45,362 nt of DNA, from the NCBI GenBank assembly GCA_963825865.1, contig CAWGVG010000059.1, positions 1 through 45,362 on the forward strand, written 5' to 3'. Position numbers and translations under genes: made by a program. Below are positions 33,993-45,362 of the stretch, piece after piece. How positions within the stretch are numbered: position 1 is the stretch's first letter; every line of letters begins with the position of its first letter. The DNA is from an uncultured Nitrososphaeraceae archaeon. Its GTDB lineage: Archaea > Thermoproteota > Nitrososphaeria > Nitrososphaerales > Nitrososphaeraceae. Below the pieces are notes generated by a model. The model searched no databases, was not told the origin of the DNA, and saw nothing but the letters and a program-made list of their open reading frames with translations.

Positions 33993-34331
33993 ATGACAGC
34001 AGCTGTTAATGAAAAATTAATGCAATTTCTAAATGAAGGAAAACCTTGGGAAAAGAAAGCTACTAGCATACCAGGAGTGTTTTTGTTTAAATTACCTACC
34101 TTCAAGGATACTTCATCATCTCTTGCTATAGAGATTAATCCAATTAGTTCATCTACTGGTGCAGTTACAAAGAAAAGAGGAGTAATAATAAGATCTGCAC
34201 CAGAGTTAGAAGAAATTACTCGGCTGCTTTCTAATCCAAAAGTTGCTCAGTTGGCAAAGAACATAGATGAGGTCAATCCACAAAAAGAAACTACCACTGC
34301 TAAGGGCAGTCAAGATATCTTAGATATATAA
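33993..34331 (+). CDS. Conserved archaeal hypothetical protein
   Basis: GKPWEKKATSIPGVFLFKLP...EINP...TKKRGVIIRS. Clean 112-aa ORF. Confidence 0.75.
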   Translation: MTAAVNEKLMQFLNEGKPWEKKATSIPGVFLFKLPTFKDTSSSLAIEINPISSSTGAVTKKRGVIIRSAPELEEITRLLSNPKVAQLAKNIDEVNPQKETTTAKGSQDILDI

Positions 34332-34359
34332 GAGTGGAGTCAAGGTAGAGACATTCCTT

Positions 34360-34560
34360 CAATAACCTATTCTAATCACCGCCAGTTTATCCATCCCACT
34401 CCACTCCCCTATCTCTCCTTCCCGTCCCACAATTTAACGCACATTTGCTTCCTGTGTCGAATGAAAATACATCAAATTTTTCTTTAGTAGGATTAAATTG
34501 CACTAAGGCGTCTGCACCAAAATCACCCTACCACACCATATCCCCGTTATCTATGCTAGG
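34360..34560 (-). pseudogene. Degraded Vgb-like (virginiamycin B lyase-type beta-propeller) C-terminus
   Basis: IDNGDMVW*GDFGADALVQFNPTKEKFDVF...IVGREGEI...SGMDKLAVIR with stops and shifts. Confidence 0.6.
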
Positions 34561-34971
34561 CAATGAATCTGCATATGACTGTACCTATAAAAATTCTAAT
34601 ATTTCCGATTGACACATCTACCACCTTATGAATGCTAAACACAGCATAATTACACGATATATTTCAGATGTAGTGTTGAGAAGGGGTGGATAACTGGCCC
34701 TAGTGGAGCTCCGTATGGTTCAACTGGCATATTTGTAAGCTGCCCAATAGTGTATCGTTTCTTGTAGAAACTATAGAAATGAACTGCGGACATCATCCTT
34801 TTTCTTTCTTTTAATAATTTCGAAAAATCTTTAGGCTTGCTTATAAGTCCAACTACAATATCTGAACGTAGAATTCTTTATCTAATCTATTAACTATTCT
34901 CTTTCGAATATCGAATGACAGAACACGAAGAAGTGATATAAATAAGGAAGATATAGAGAGAGATATCATAA

Positions 34972-36616
34972 TTGGAAGACCGGGCTCAACTCAGAGAACA
35001 AATCAAGTCAGAGCGTATAAGTGCTAGGTCAAAAGCATCATCATTTAAAAGTCCATCGAAAATACACTTGGCAAGAGTAATTCTAAAGTTGCTACCCATT
35101 GTAATTAACTTCAGACAGGATCGGAGAAAATGGGTGAAACATGAGGGAAAGAACATAGATGAATCAAAATTTAGAAAACATGCAAAAAAAGCACTTAAAA
35201 CCTTCATTGAACTTGGACCATCGTACATAAAATTAGGACAATGGCTCTCCTCACGTGCTGATCTGTTGCCCCTTCCATATCTAGAAGAATTATCAAAACT
35301 ACAAGATGAAGTCCCCGCTGCAGAATTCTCAAAGGTAAAGCCGATTATTGAATCTGAACTTGGCAAAATTGAAGATGTATTTGAATCATTTAATACGTCA
35401 GCACTTTCAGGTGCAAGCTTGGGTCAGGTGTATTTAGCAAGATACACCAATAGAGAAATTATTGTAAAAGTTAGCAGACCCAACGTAGAAGAAGTTATAG
35501 AAAATGATATCTCTATTTTAAAGAAAATCCTCCCTCTTGCTACCAGATTTATTGATCCTAACTTGGCTTTTTCAGCAGAAGGTATGCTATACCAATTTAT
35601 AGAAACAGTATACGAAGAAATGGATTATCGCATAGAGGCTGACAATTTAATTACAATCAAAAGAAACCTTGCAGGTGACAGGTACAGTTATAATTCCGGA
35701 TGTCTTTCGAGAAAGAACTTCAAAACATGTATTAACAATGGAGTATATCCCAGGCATCAAAATTAATGACGTTGTAGCCCTAGATGTGATGGGTATTGAC
35801 AGAGAAAGATTAGTTATGCGTGTTCACAGGTTATTTTTCAAAATGTTATTGCGACATAACATTTTTCATGCCGATCCTCACCCTGGTAATATCTCGGTTG
35901 CTGATAATGGTGCTATAATTCTTTATGATTTTGGAATGGTAGGAAGACTGGATGATAAAACACGTCTCAAGTTAATTAGATTGTATCTTGGTTTGATAGA
36001 CAAAGATCCTCCAAGAACAGTCAATGTGTTGATGGAGCTCGGGACGCTGGAAGCAACAACCAATCGTTATGTTGTTGAGAAGGCCATAGAGATGAGCATA
36101 CAGTCATTGTATGGAAAGGAGGTAGATAAAATGGAAGTGAAAGCTTTGACTGATCTTGCAAACAAGACAATGAGCAGGTTTCCATTTAGGCTACCAAAAA
36201 ACCTTGCACTTTATATGCGAATGACATCTATCTTAGAAGGAATTTATCAACAGCATAAGGTTAGATTCCAATTTGTCAAGGTGCTTGCAAACATACTTGA
36301 AGGAGAAGGCATTCTCAAAGAGGCATATATTGAAGAAGCAAAATCATCGATTCTTCGACTCGGAAAGAATATCGAATCGGCCTTTAATGTAGCTCCAATG
36401 TTACAATCATTTCTCGAAATGCAACTTTATAATAACAAAGATAACAAATTGCAAAAGGAAAAGAACAATACTTTAATTGCGGGAACTATATTTGCAGCTG
36501 GCTTGTTCATTGGTTCATCAATAGCGTTCCCATACAATACTAACATAGCGTATGCAGGCTTCGTTAGTTCTATTTTAACCGTGGCGTTATTGACAGTAAG
36601 AAAGAAATTCTGGTAA
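34972..36616 (+). CDS. ABC1/UbiB (AarF) family atypical kinase, frameshifted
   Basis: LGPSYIKLGQ, ASLGQVY, VKV.RP, FHADPHPGN, YDFGMVG, C-terminal TM helices. Shift at ~35680. Confidence 0.9.
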
Positions 36617-37484
36617 AACCATCCTAAGGCTGTGTGGTCTAGGCATAAACCCGATGTGCTTTATTTATTGCCAATAAATGGCTCTGAAACCAAATGGCAA
36701 TATTTCCACTCACTCAAAAAACAGACAAGTAACATAGCTTCCGGTTGAAGCGACATATCAATTATATAAGCTAGACATAAAACATATCGCACATGTCAAA
36801 TTCTAGGATTGCTCATATCCTGCCAGCATTCTAGACAATAATCACCATTATCTTTGAATATCTCTGCTAATTTGTTTTTACAATAGTTGTAGAAAGGAGG
36901 AGGACAAAAGTAATTGTTGTCATCGTTCTTTTTAATCGAAAATTACATGTCATTAATCGTGGAATAGTCTAATGATATTGTCCGTTTTGCTTTTAACTTA
37001 GTAAACTGGCAAGCATTTATTTCTGGTGACTGCATCTACTGTTTTGGATATATTCGCACAGTTGGATATCTCCTACTAGCACAACGGGGTTATTGAAATA
37101 TATTAACCCGATAATGTTAATGTAACGTCATCCTCATCCTTACAACACACAAAAGCAGTTGGCACGAGAATCACAAATTTCACCTGCGACCTCTTACAAG
37201 GCTGCGAATATTACAAAGAATAGATCAGAGGACAAAACTCAGATATGGCCAGATTTAAATATATACAGTTTATCCGATCTTAAAATGAAGGGAAAGACTC
37301 GGACTATGCGCTTCTGGATATAATTGATACACATAATACTTACATCAATCCTACTCAGATTATGTAAAATTTTGTGGCGGGATTCAGAACAAATTTGACT
37401 CATTTTTGTCATCACATTCAGGATTTGAATTTCTAAAACGAAAAAAATCAGGTCTTAGTTATTGTATCATTCATCTCTATGCTT

Positions 37485-37620
37485 AATGTAAGATTAAAGT
37501 AAAAAGTAGCTCCTTTGCCCATATCCTTCCACCGTGAGCTTCAATTATCTTTCTAGATATATACAGCCCTAGTCCTATTCCCTTTTCTGATTTTGTTACG
37601 AATTTTTCGAAGAGCTTATC
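37485..37620 (-). pseudogene. Histidine kinase HATPase C-terminal relic
   Basis: KLFEKFVTKSEKGIGLGLYISRKIIEAHGGRIWA. Confidence 0.8.
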
Positions 37621-37738
37621 TGCTTGTTTACTAAAAAAAAGCAGATAATCTTTATGATGGGTGAATGTTCGTTTATTCAGATTTTTGCGTCGTTTATATC
37701 TATCCCCCTTCTCTGACCTATGAATTGACGTATGTGTC

Positions 37739-38053
37739 TCAAGTCCTCTGTCTATCTGAAAAACTGGTACGTCTGAGACACGTTGAACTACTACAATAGT
37801 CTACCGATTTTGACAGTCTTGCCATTACAAAATGAAATCCTATAAGAGGTGCAAATACAGCCAATGTTAAGGCTGCAAGCATATAGCTGTGGAGGTACGT
37901 CAGATACAAGGTTATTCCTGCACCTGTCATTATTTCAATCCACGTACAGGTGCATAGTTGTAATGCAATGTATTTTAAATCCTTATTCATAGTGTACATG
38001 TTGTGCTCAGATATTAAATACATTTTTCCAAATTCCAGCCATATCTTTTTCAA
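37739..38053 (-). CDS. Small membrane protein
   Basis: Two hydrophobic segments. Start uncertain. Confidence 0.4.
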   Translation of the reverse strand: MKKIWLEFGKMYLISEHNMYTMNKDLKYIALQLCTCTWIEIMTGAGITLYLTYLHSYMLAALTLAVFAPLIGFHFVMARLSKSVDYCSSSTCLRRTSFSDRQRT

Positions 38054-38161
38054 AACCTGTCTTTCTACTCTTTTTACTTTTCTATCTTCTTATTGGTTTT
38101 GTACTAAATAGAATTAATTAAAACAACCTTATCTATACTGAAATGGAATACGTTAGTCTAT

Positions 38162-39457
38162 CTATCCAAATGTAAATGTGTATAATTGGAATCCCTTACC
38201 TTTAACATCTATTACTAGGGAATGAGCATCATAGTCATTATGCATTGCTAAATTATACAGCCTTTGTCCGTCAATTCTGAAACTACCAGTTACTGATAGA
38301 TCCTCTCCGAGTGAATTGTTTGATATATTTGCTGAAGTTGCAACTGTTTGTCCATGCCCTCCTACCCCTCCTTGTTCGTCGTTATCGTTAGAGACAATGC
38401 CTCCACCTTTTCCTCCAGCCACCATATTAACAGACTTTGCATAATATATCAAAGCAATACGTCCTGTATCACTTTGTAATTCCATATTGTCGGGATTGTT
38501 CTTCCAGTTGCCCTGAAGGTATACAATACTAGGCTTGAAACTCGTGTTAGGCGAAATAGAATATGATATTGTCTGATCCGGTTTGAAGCCTTCAGGATTT
38601 CCGATCGGCGCTCGTGCTTTATTATACCCCAGGTAAATTTCAGGTGTTGTGGCTTGTGTTAGATCTACAGATTGTAAACTTTTCGGTTTAATCAGTGTAG
38701 TAGGTTTTGTATCGAAGCTTATCTCTTTCATACCCATTTGAGCCGCCCGTTCCGCTAGCAACGATTGAATTGCCTTTTCTGTTTGATCATAACCGCCTTC
38801 TCCTATATGATTATCTCTTATGTATCCTTGGCTGTCAATTAAGTAGTGTCTAGGCCAATACTGGTTTCCATATGCATTCCAAGTTCCATGGTCGCTGTCT
38901 AGTATTACTGGATAAGTTATTCCCAGTCTTTGCACAGCTGCTTTTACGTTGTCATAGTTCTTCTCGAATTCAAATTCAGGTGAATGAACACCGATTATTA
39001 CTAAGCCTTTGTCAGCATATTTTTGATTCCAGTCATTGATGTAAGGTATAGTACGTATACAGTTAATGCAGCTGTATGTCCAAAAATCTACTAGAACTAC
39101 TTTTCCTTTAAGAGATGAAAGTGTTAATGGACTATTATTGTATGTATTTATGTAGCCATCTAGCTGAGCAAATTCAGGCGCCTTTATAAATTGTGACTTG
39201 TCAATCTGCTGGAACTGAGCTTTGTCAAGCTTTATGGTGGCTAGAGTACCATTCTGTATAGTTACTGCTGATACGAATTTTTCTACTTGTCGTTGCGCAG
39301 ACGTTGAAGCCTTGTTAAGACCAGGACTGTTGAAGTACACTGCAAATGCTGCTATCAAAGTTACTGCTGCAATTGCCATAATTACGGCGCTGATATTGTC
39401 TTTATTCATATTAATCAAATTCCCTGTTATTTTTTCATCTCTAAATTGATCTCCCAA
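38162..39457 (-). CDS. Membrane-anchored redoxin with DipZ-like C-terminal domain
   Basis: N-terminal TM. VDFWTYSCINC, GVHSPEFEFEK, NQYWP, GEGGY, TPEIYLG, FTFG C-terminus. Start may be the ATG at 39409. Confidence 0.9.
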   Translation of the reverse strand: MGDQFRDEKITGNLINMNKDNISAVIMAIAAVTLIAAFAVYFNSPGLNKASTSAQRQVEKFVSAVTIQNGTLATIKLDKAQFQQIDKSQFIKAPEFAQLDGYINTYNNSPLTLSSLKGKVVLVDFWTYSCINCIRTIPYINDWNQKYADKGLVIIGVHSPEFEFEKNYDNVKAAVQRLGITYPVILDSDHGTWNAYGNQYWPRHYLIDSQGYIRDNHIGEGGYDQTEKAIQSLLAERAAQMGMKEISFDTKPTTLIKPKSLQSVDLTQATTPEIYLGYNKARAPIGNPEGFKPDQTISYSISPNTSFKPSIVYLQGNWKNNPDNMELQSDTGRIALIYYAKSVNMVAGGKGGGIVSNDNDEQGGVGGHGQTVATSANISNNSLGEDLSVTGSFRIDGQRLYNLAMHNDYDAHSLVIDVKGKGFQLYTFTFG

Positions 39458-40248
39458 GATTGATCACCTGATTAACAAGCGGGAAGTTAGCTAATAGGAC
39501 CAACTGGTTTGTAAATAGCAAAATGCCTACTATTACTAGCATCCCACCCATTGCCAAATTAAAGTACTTTAGATACTTTACCATTCTTCTGATTAGTCCT
39601 GTGGCTCGTGAAAAGAAAGCACCTGTAATCAGAAACGGTAATCCTAATCCTAAAGAGTATGCCAACAATGAATTATAAGCTGCGGCAGGATGGCTAGCCT
39701 GCTAGTGCAAAGGTACTTCCCAAAATCGGTCCAACACAGGGAGTCCAACCGGCTGCAAATGCAGCTCCAAATACAAACGATGTAATATAACTTGTCTTGA
39801 ATCGAGGTAGTCTTGTCATCATCTTCTTCTCAAAATTTAATGTCCGTAGTCTAGTAGATAAAATAAGGTATCCACCAAATCCGATTATCACAATTCCACC
39901 AGCTGATGTAAGTGAATGTTGAAATCCATTTCCAACACCTACAAGAACGCTATTTAGAAGTACTCCTAAAACTGCAAAAACCAGCGAAAAACCAAGAACA
40001 AAGTAAACAGTATTGAGAAAAATATTGAGCCTAGCTGATCTCTTAAGAGTTACCGGTTGTACAGCTCTACTAGTGCCACTGCTTACAATTTCAGTTTCAG
40101 TTTCACTTGTTTGTATATTTTTAGATTCATTGGCAGCGGTTCCTGACAAATATGATATAAAACCAGGCAATATCGGAAGAATGCATGGCGATAAGAAAGA
40201 ACCTACTCCTGCAAGAGCAGAAACTAATACAGTTGTTTCTACTACCAT
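39441..40248 (-). CDS. ccdA: Cytochrome c biogenesis / thiol-disulfide transporter CcdA, frameshifted
   Basis: SFLSPCILP, GWTPCVGPILG, YSLGLGLPF. Extra base at ~39700. Confidence 0.88.
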
Positions 40249-40889
40249 TGTATGTCCCCAATACCCCCCTTAAAGTTACTACAAATGATATTATTATTAT
40301 TAACCAATGAATAATCTATCTTCCAAATTTGTATTAATACTTATTTCCAAATTAACTCCAGATATCACCCATATCTAGGGCTTAAAATAAGTAGGAAACA
40401 ATTAACAGTTAACTTTACAATTCAATTAAAGGACAAATAGACAAATAAAATCGTTCCAAAGAATAACAGTAATAGCGGTCGATACATAATGCGCTACTGC
40501 TAATCCACACCTTGTACATTTTTTGAATGTAACATCGCTAGTCAAATTTTGAGTTGTTTAATACCATCTCATTCGTTAATGGTTTCATCATATTGACCTG
40601 GCCTTTAGCAAGATCAAAAAAAGTTTGATCTAGCTCTGGGATCTTGTTGATATATATTGGGACACAACTTGAGATATCTTTACCTTTGTCTAAAAATCTA
40701 TGCTGGAAATTTACTGTTTACCGGCATAAACAGATAAGTATATCTCTTTTTTAGAGATTTTGACTAACTAAACTAGAGCATATGTTATTTGCTGCTGCAG
40801 ATATTGATAATGAAATACATACACTGAAGCGAATTAGCATATGCGAAAAAACTTGGTTGGCTTCTTTTTACACTACCACTCTGACCTAA

Positions 40890-41827
40890 TTAGAAACTGT
40901 ATGTGATCTGGATCAGAAACCAACAACAATTGATTCTTGTATATCTGTTTAGAATTACGTAGTAGAACTGTGTTGTATACGCAAAGCAAGTGTCATTAAC
41001 AAATGACCTATCAGGGATTATTATTGTAAAATATTCTAATCCTGCATCTCCCCTCATGCGAGCTTCCCCGTTCAAACTATGCCACGTATTCATCCCGATG
41101 TGATGATGGTATCCGCCTGCAGAAAGGAATGCAGCACCATTGAGCTCCAATCCGCTGTTATATCCAGCCCAATCTTCTCATGGTAAAACTTGATTGACCT
41201 TTCAAGGTTTGTAACCCTGAGGTGTATGTGCCCTATCCTGGCTCCAGTAGGGAATGCCTTTGCATTATTTCTTTCCTCTTCTTTGTAATCATAGTTTATT
41301 TCAGCCAATAAAGAGTTCAGATCCAATGGCAATGTGTCCATCATAATGTGTCTTTCAGTGTCTCGAGGCCACTCACTAGCAGTTCTATCACGGTAAATTT
41401 CAATACCGTTATTTTCAGGATCCCTAAGGTATAACGACTCACTAACAAGGTGGTCGACAAACCCGTCGTATTGTATTCCTGAGTTTTTAACTGCTAAGTA
41501 AGTCGAGGCAAGGCTCTTTCTGTCAGGCACTAGTATGGCAAAGTGAAAGAGACCTGCACCTGCTCCTCCTGAATGTAGTGAAGAAAACTTCTTTTATGCG
41601 TTGGGATCGTGTTTTAGAATAAGAAGCGGCTCGTGAGAGGAAGCAGAAGAGATGTTATGTTTGAAACCAAGTTCATATATTGGATTACCATCATCGTTGT
41701 CTTTATATTTTTTATTCACTTGTAGTCCAAGACTGTTTTCATAGAATACTACGACTGTATCAATATTTCTTACTCTTAATATCGGTGGTCTAACCCTCAT
41801 GCTGTCTGGCATCTTATATCTAGCCAT
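40890..41827 (-). pseudogene. CatE-like two-domain VOC/glyoxalase protein
   Basis: GLFHFAIL, DHLVSESLYLRDPENNGIEIYRD, GHIHL, GGYHHHIGMNTW. In-frame TAA at 41594 plus frameshifts. Confidence 0.88.
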
Positions 41828-42033
41828 TAGTGATGATATCTGTTCTTCATTTGGGATTTATTATTCATAAGTCCTCTATTATATTGTAGGATCTGCTCTT
41901 ACAAAGAAAAAGAAATGCGAATGGCAACAAGGCTGATACTTGAGTATGAATTGTCTTTCGGGCATACAATTATTAAAAACGCTCTACTATTCCTGATAAT
42001 ATCTATTAATAAACTCTTACCATTAGTGAATTT

Positions 42034-42186
42034 ATGACAATTTATGTGATACGAATTAAAGAATATGAGTGCGCTAAATGTGGCTATAAATGGATTAATC
42101 GTATTAACGGCAAGGATGGACCTATACCAGAAAGGTGCGCCAAATGCAAGCGGGTGAATTGGAATGGTGAGGACGGAGGGCTATAA
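42034..42186 (+). CDS. 50-aa zinc-ribbon protein
   Basis: Manual translation MTIYVIRIKEYECAKCGYKWINRINGKDGPIPERCAKCKRVNWN (CxxC.W...P..CxxC...W). Confidence 0.7.
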   Translation: MTIYVIRIKEYECAKCGYKWINRINGKDGPIPERCAKCKRVNWNGEDGGL

Positions 42187-42380
42187 CTATTGACAACTGA
42201 AGCTCAATTTCAAACATCGTAATAGAACATAAACTGCCTTGCCTTTGATTTATCATCTCCAATTTGTGCCATCTCTACCAGGTATACAAAAAACGTCTTC
42301 TACTACCAATTCACTTGGATTTCATAAACGGCTTTAGGGATTGTTAATTATAATAATTACCTATCTAATATTGTATATAT

Positions 42381-42430
42381 ATGCCTACAGCATATGTTTT
42401 GGTTTACCGTGAATTAGGATATGAAGACAA
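42381..42430 (+). pseudogene. Lrp/AsnC ligand-binding-domain N-terminal relic
   Basis: MPTAYVLVYRELGYED, then unrelated sequence. Confidence 0.55.
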
Positions 42431-42553
42431 TTTTTATATCACCACGAAGGTTAAAAATATTATAATTCACAATACCTGGTGTTACATATTATTAGTAACA
42501 TGTATCATTCTATTTTTTCTTCTGCCAATGATCTATTGGAACCTAATCCTTTC

Positions 42554-44536
42554 TCACTTTGAGTTTATTGAATCAAAAGAAGATATAATATGCTTTAGTG
42601 ATTCAGGATTCTCAATAGTCGATAGATCTTGGTTGCCAATATTTTCTCCCAATGCCTTTGCCTTAATTACTCTTCTAACGAGCTTTCCAGTTCTTGTCCT
42701 AGGCAAATCTTCTACAAATATAATATTTTTTGGGACAGGCAAATCTTCCAATTAAACTTTCAACGGTTTTTACTATTTCGTCTTTTAATTTTTTTTCCAT
42801 ATCTTTATTAGAGGAAGATACTTTCTTTAAGACTATGTATGCGGTTATCGATTCTCCTTTTATTTTGTCTGGGATTCCAATCACCGCAGCTTCTGCAACT
42901 GCATGATGAGACGAAACAGCGTGTTCTATTTCAGCAGATTCTATTCTATGTCCTGACGCCTTGATTACATCGTCTGCTCTCCCCAAAATATACCATAAAC
43001 CATCAGCAGGATCAACAAATACAATGTCCCCATGATACCATATATCATTTCCATATTTTGACCAATATGTTTCAATGAATCTATTCCAGTCGTCTAGTAT
43101 TCCTCTGCTCATTGAAGGCCAAGGATTTCTAATGATAAGAAAACCATGGGTAGTATGCTTACCTTTATCGTCGAAAACATCTGCATCGAATCCAGGCACT
43201 GGAAATCCCACTGTGCAAGGCTTAAGCGAAATAATTGGTGAGGCGCTAAGTATAGCTCCTCCGATCTCCCGTACCTCCTGATAGATTAATTATTGGACAT
43301 TGTTTTCTTCCAACATTCTCAAAATACCATAACCAAGCTTCTTTATTTATTGGCTCACCGGTCGTGGCTAAAATTCTTAATGAAGAAAAATCGTAATTAT
43401 GTAAGGGCATGCTTTCTCTCATAAAGTTCCTTATTGCTGTGGGCGCCATTCCAAAAATTGACACTTTATATTTTTGAATTAATTTGCACCATGTGTCAAT
43501 CTCGGGATAATCTAAATGACCATCATATACTAACGCTGTCCCTCCAATCAGAGAGCTGCCATAAACAACCCATGTTTGGCCAGTTATCCACCCGATATCT
43601 GCATACCAAAATAACAGATCCTGCGGTTTCATATCAATAAGGTAAGACGTTTGTTGAGCAGACACAACCATATACCCTCCATGTATTTGCACTGTTCCTT
43701 TTGGTTTACCTGTTGTGCCTGAAGTATAGAGTATAAAAAGCGGATCTTCAGAGTTCATGACTTCGGATTCACAAGATATACCATCATAATTTTTGGTGAA
43801 TTCATTATAAGTGATAATTTCCTTGTTATTGTAACTAGCCGTTTTCCCAACTGTGATTACCTTTGAGATATTTGTTTCGTCTAATGCTTTAATCCACCTC
43901 TTTTTAAGATCTATATGTATAGATTTTCTTTGCATTACATCAGCAGTAATTAATATTTGTGCGTTACAATCTTGTAGTCTTGAGCATAATGCTCGACTAC
44001 CAAAGCCAGAAAACACAGTCGTATGTACCTGCCCCTATTTTAGAACAGGCAAACATTGAAAAAAATGCTTCTGGGATCGTTGGCATATATATTCCAATGG
44101 TATTCCCCTTTTTTACACCTGCATGTTTTAAAGCGATAGCCAGAGAATTTACTTCATTGGCCAGCTGCTGATATGAGATTCTTTTAGTAATTCCCCTTTC
44201 ATTTTGGAAAATATATGCAATCTTGTCAGGATGATTTTTAGCATGTCTATCAACTGCATTGTAAACTATATTGCATTTGCCATCTAGGAACCATTTTGTT
44301 CTAGGAAACCCTTCTGATGAATCAAAAACTTGACTGTACTTATGGAACCATTCCAAACGGAGGTCTTCGTTTACTGCATCCCAATACCATTCTATGTTCT
44401 CAACAGATCTCTTTAATAGCTGCTGATAATTGGCAATTTGATATTTTTTCATAAAATGTAAAATATTACTATTATTGCTACTGTTACTTTTCTTAAAGGG
44501 TTCATGTTCTATATCCATCTTATCAATAGACAACAT
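42554..44536 (-). CDS. Acetyl-CoA synthetase-like AMP-forming ligase, split by three frameshifts
   Basis: CNIVYNAVDRH, YTSGTTGKPKG, ADIGWITG, GRADDVIKASGHRI, LPRTRTGKLVRR. Confidence 0.9.
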
Positions 44537-45107
44537 TATTATCTATCATCTCTCAGTTTATAATTATAGCAGTCACAGCTTTCATGTTACAAAAAATATT
44601 GCTCCAAATAAAGGTATCAAAGCGGCGAATACAAATTAGGTTTTTTAAATATTTTATCTGCATTCAAGCCAGTTATTAGAGTGATCAGTACACAATTGAT
44701 TAAGTACTAAGCCAATATACAGCTCGCAATTTCAAACTCAAATGCTATACATTACAGGATTGAACTTGATGCAACGTATAATGAATCAATTCTTTGAATC
44801 GAACTACTATGGTAGTGTAGAAAGCCTATTTCTATTTCTATTTATTTTTAATCTTGATAAACATTTTAATAACAACCCAATTTATCACATTCCATAGAAC
44901 CCTTTTTAATCACCGAAATCTGTTCAAATGTTTCTAGACATCTTGGAACATTCAGTATTTATTTTTAGAAAATGATATAATCTTTATATGGCTACAAGAA
45001 TTGCAACGATAGGAACAGGAATACAGCATTACAGTTTTTTTGTATATAGGATGGATTATATACGACAATTTTAGACATTATTTTACAAACAAGATATAAA
45101 TGACCAA

Positions 45108-45362
45108 ATGAAATCTCCTGATATTAGTAGACAGAAATCGCCTAACTGGCTGCGATATATACAAGTTGGCTTGGTGAATTCAATTATATTGTCAATAGCA
45201 ATTCTAACACATCCAGGCATCGCAGTATATCCAGTATACACAATAATTCTGATGCTTTCCATAGCTTTACTGATAATTGGAATTGAAAGGATTGCTACTG
45301 GAATAACTCCCGTTACCGAGCAGATCATCGCGTGTACTAATATTGGTCTTGGCGCGCTAGCC
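45108..45362 (+). CDS. HdeD/DUF308-like membrane protein (runs off the window)
   Basis: Manual translation KSPNWLRYIQVGL...LSIALLIIGIERIATG...NIGLGALA. Confidence 0.6.
   Translation, partial: MKSPDISRQKSPNWLRYIQVGLVNSIILSIAILTHPGIAVYPVYTIILMLSIALLIIGIERIATGITPVTEQIIACTNIGLGALA

Noticed and set aside
34381-34698. Imperfect ~16-bp inverted repeat suggesting a MITE or structured RNA
   Set aside because: The left arm is coding sequence of the Vgb-like relic and no target duplication is seen, so it is probably chance.
42381-42755. 124-aa plus-strand ORF as a full gene
   Set aside because: Only the first ~16 codons look Lrp/AsnC-like, and much of the rest is antisense to the ACS 3' end.
2186-45328. 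Many antisense ORFs in the track (e.g. 2186-2503, 20477-20881, 24852-25310, 34986-35366, 45083-45328)
   Set aside because: They lie opposite well-supported genes and show no recognisable motifs.
1-45362. CRISPR array, rRNA or tRNA genes
   Set aside because: No regularly spaced repeats or RNA-gene signatures were found by eye. A covariance-model scan was not possible.

Overview
AT-rich archaeal DNA. The gene families (TrmB-like-sensor histidine kinase, GYD, phasin-like and HdeD-like proteins, the multi-copy HTH family) look like those of a soil ammonia-oxidising thaumarchaeote (Nitrososphaeraceae); this is an inference from family recognition. The left half (~4-23 kb) is an accessory region with two IS5-type elements (both with ATT target duplications), one IS630 element plus an orphan 43-bp copy of its left end 10 kb away, a terminase-large-subunit-like gene overlapped by a terminase-small-subunit-like HTH gene, two further solo copies of that HTH gene, an IS-split HEAT-repeat/2TM protein, an AcpA-type phosphoesterase and an M14 carboxypeptidase. 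No portal, capsid, tail or integrase gene is visible. The rest holds kdpA, a histidine kinase, msrB-msrA, an ABC1 kinase, ccdA plus a DipZ-like redoxin, a CatE-like VOC gene and an acetyl-CoA synthetase, with many short gene relics between them. Many genes carry single-base frameshifts in short G/A runs, which may be sequencing error. The best candidate for an undescribed system is the capsid-less, overlapping TerS-like/TerL-like module with its dispersed TerS-like copies.
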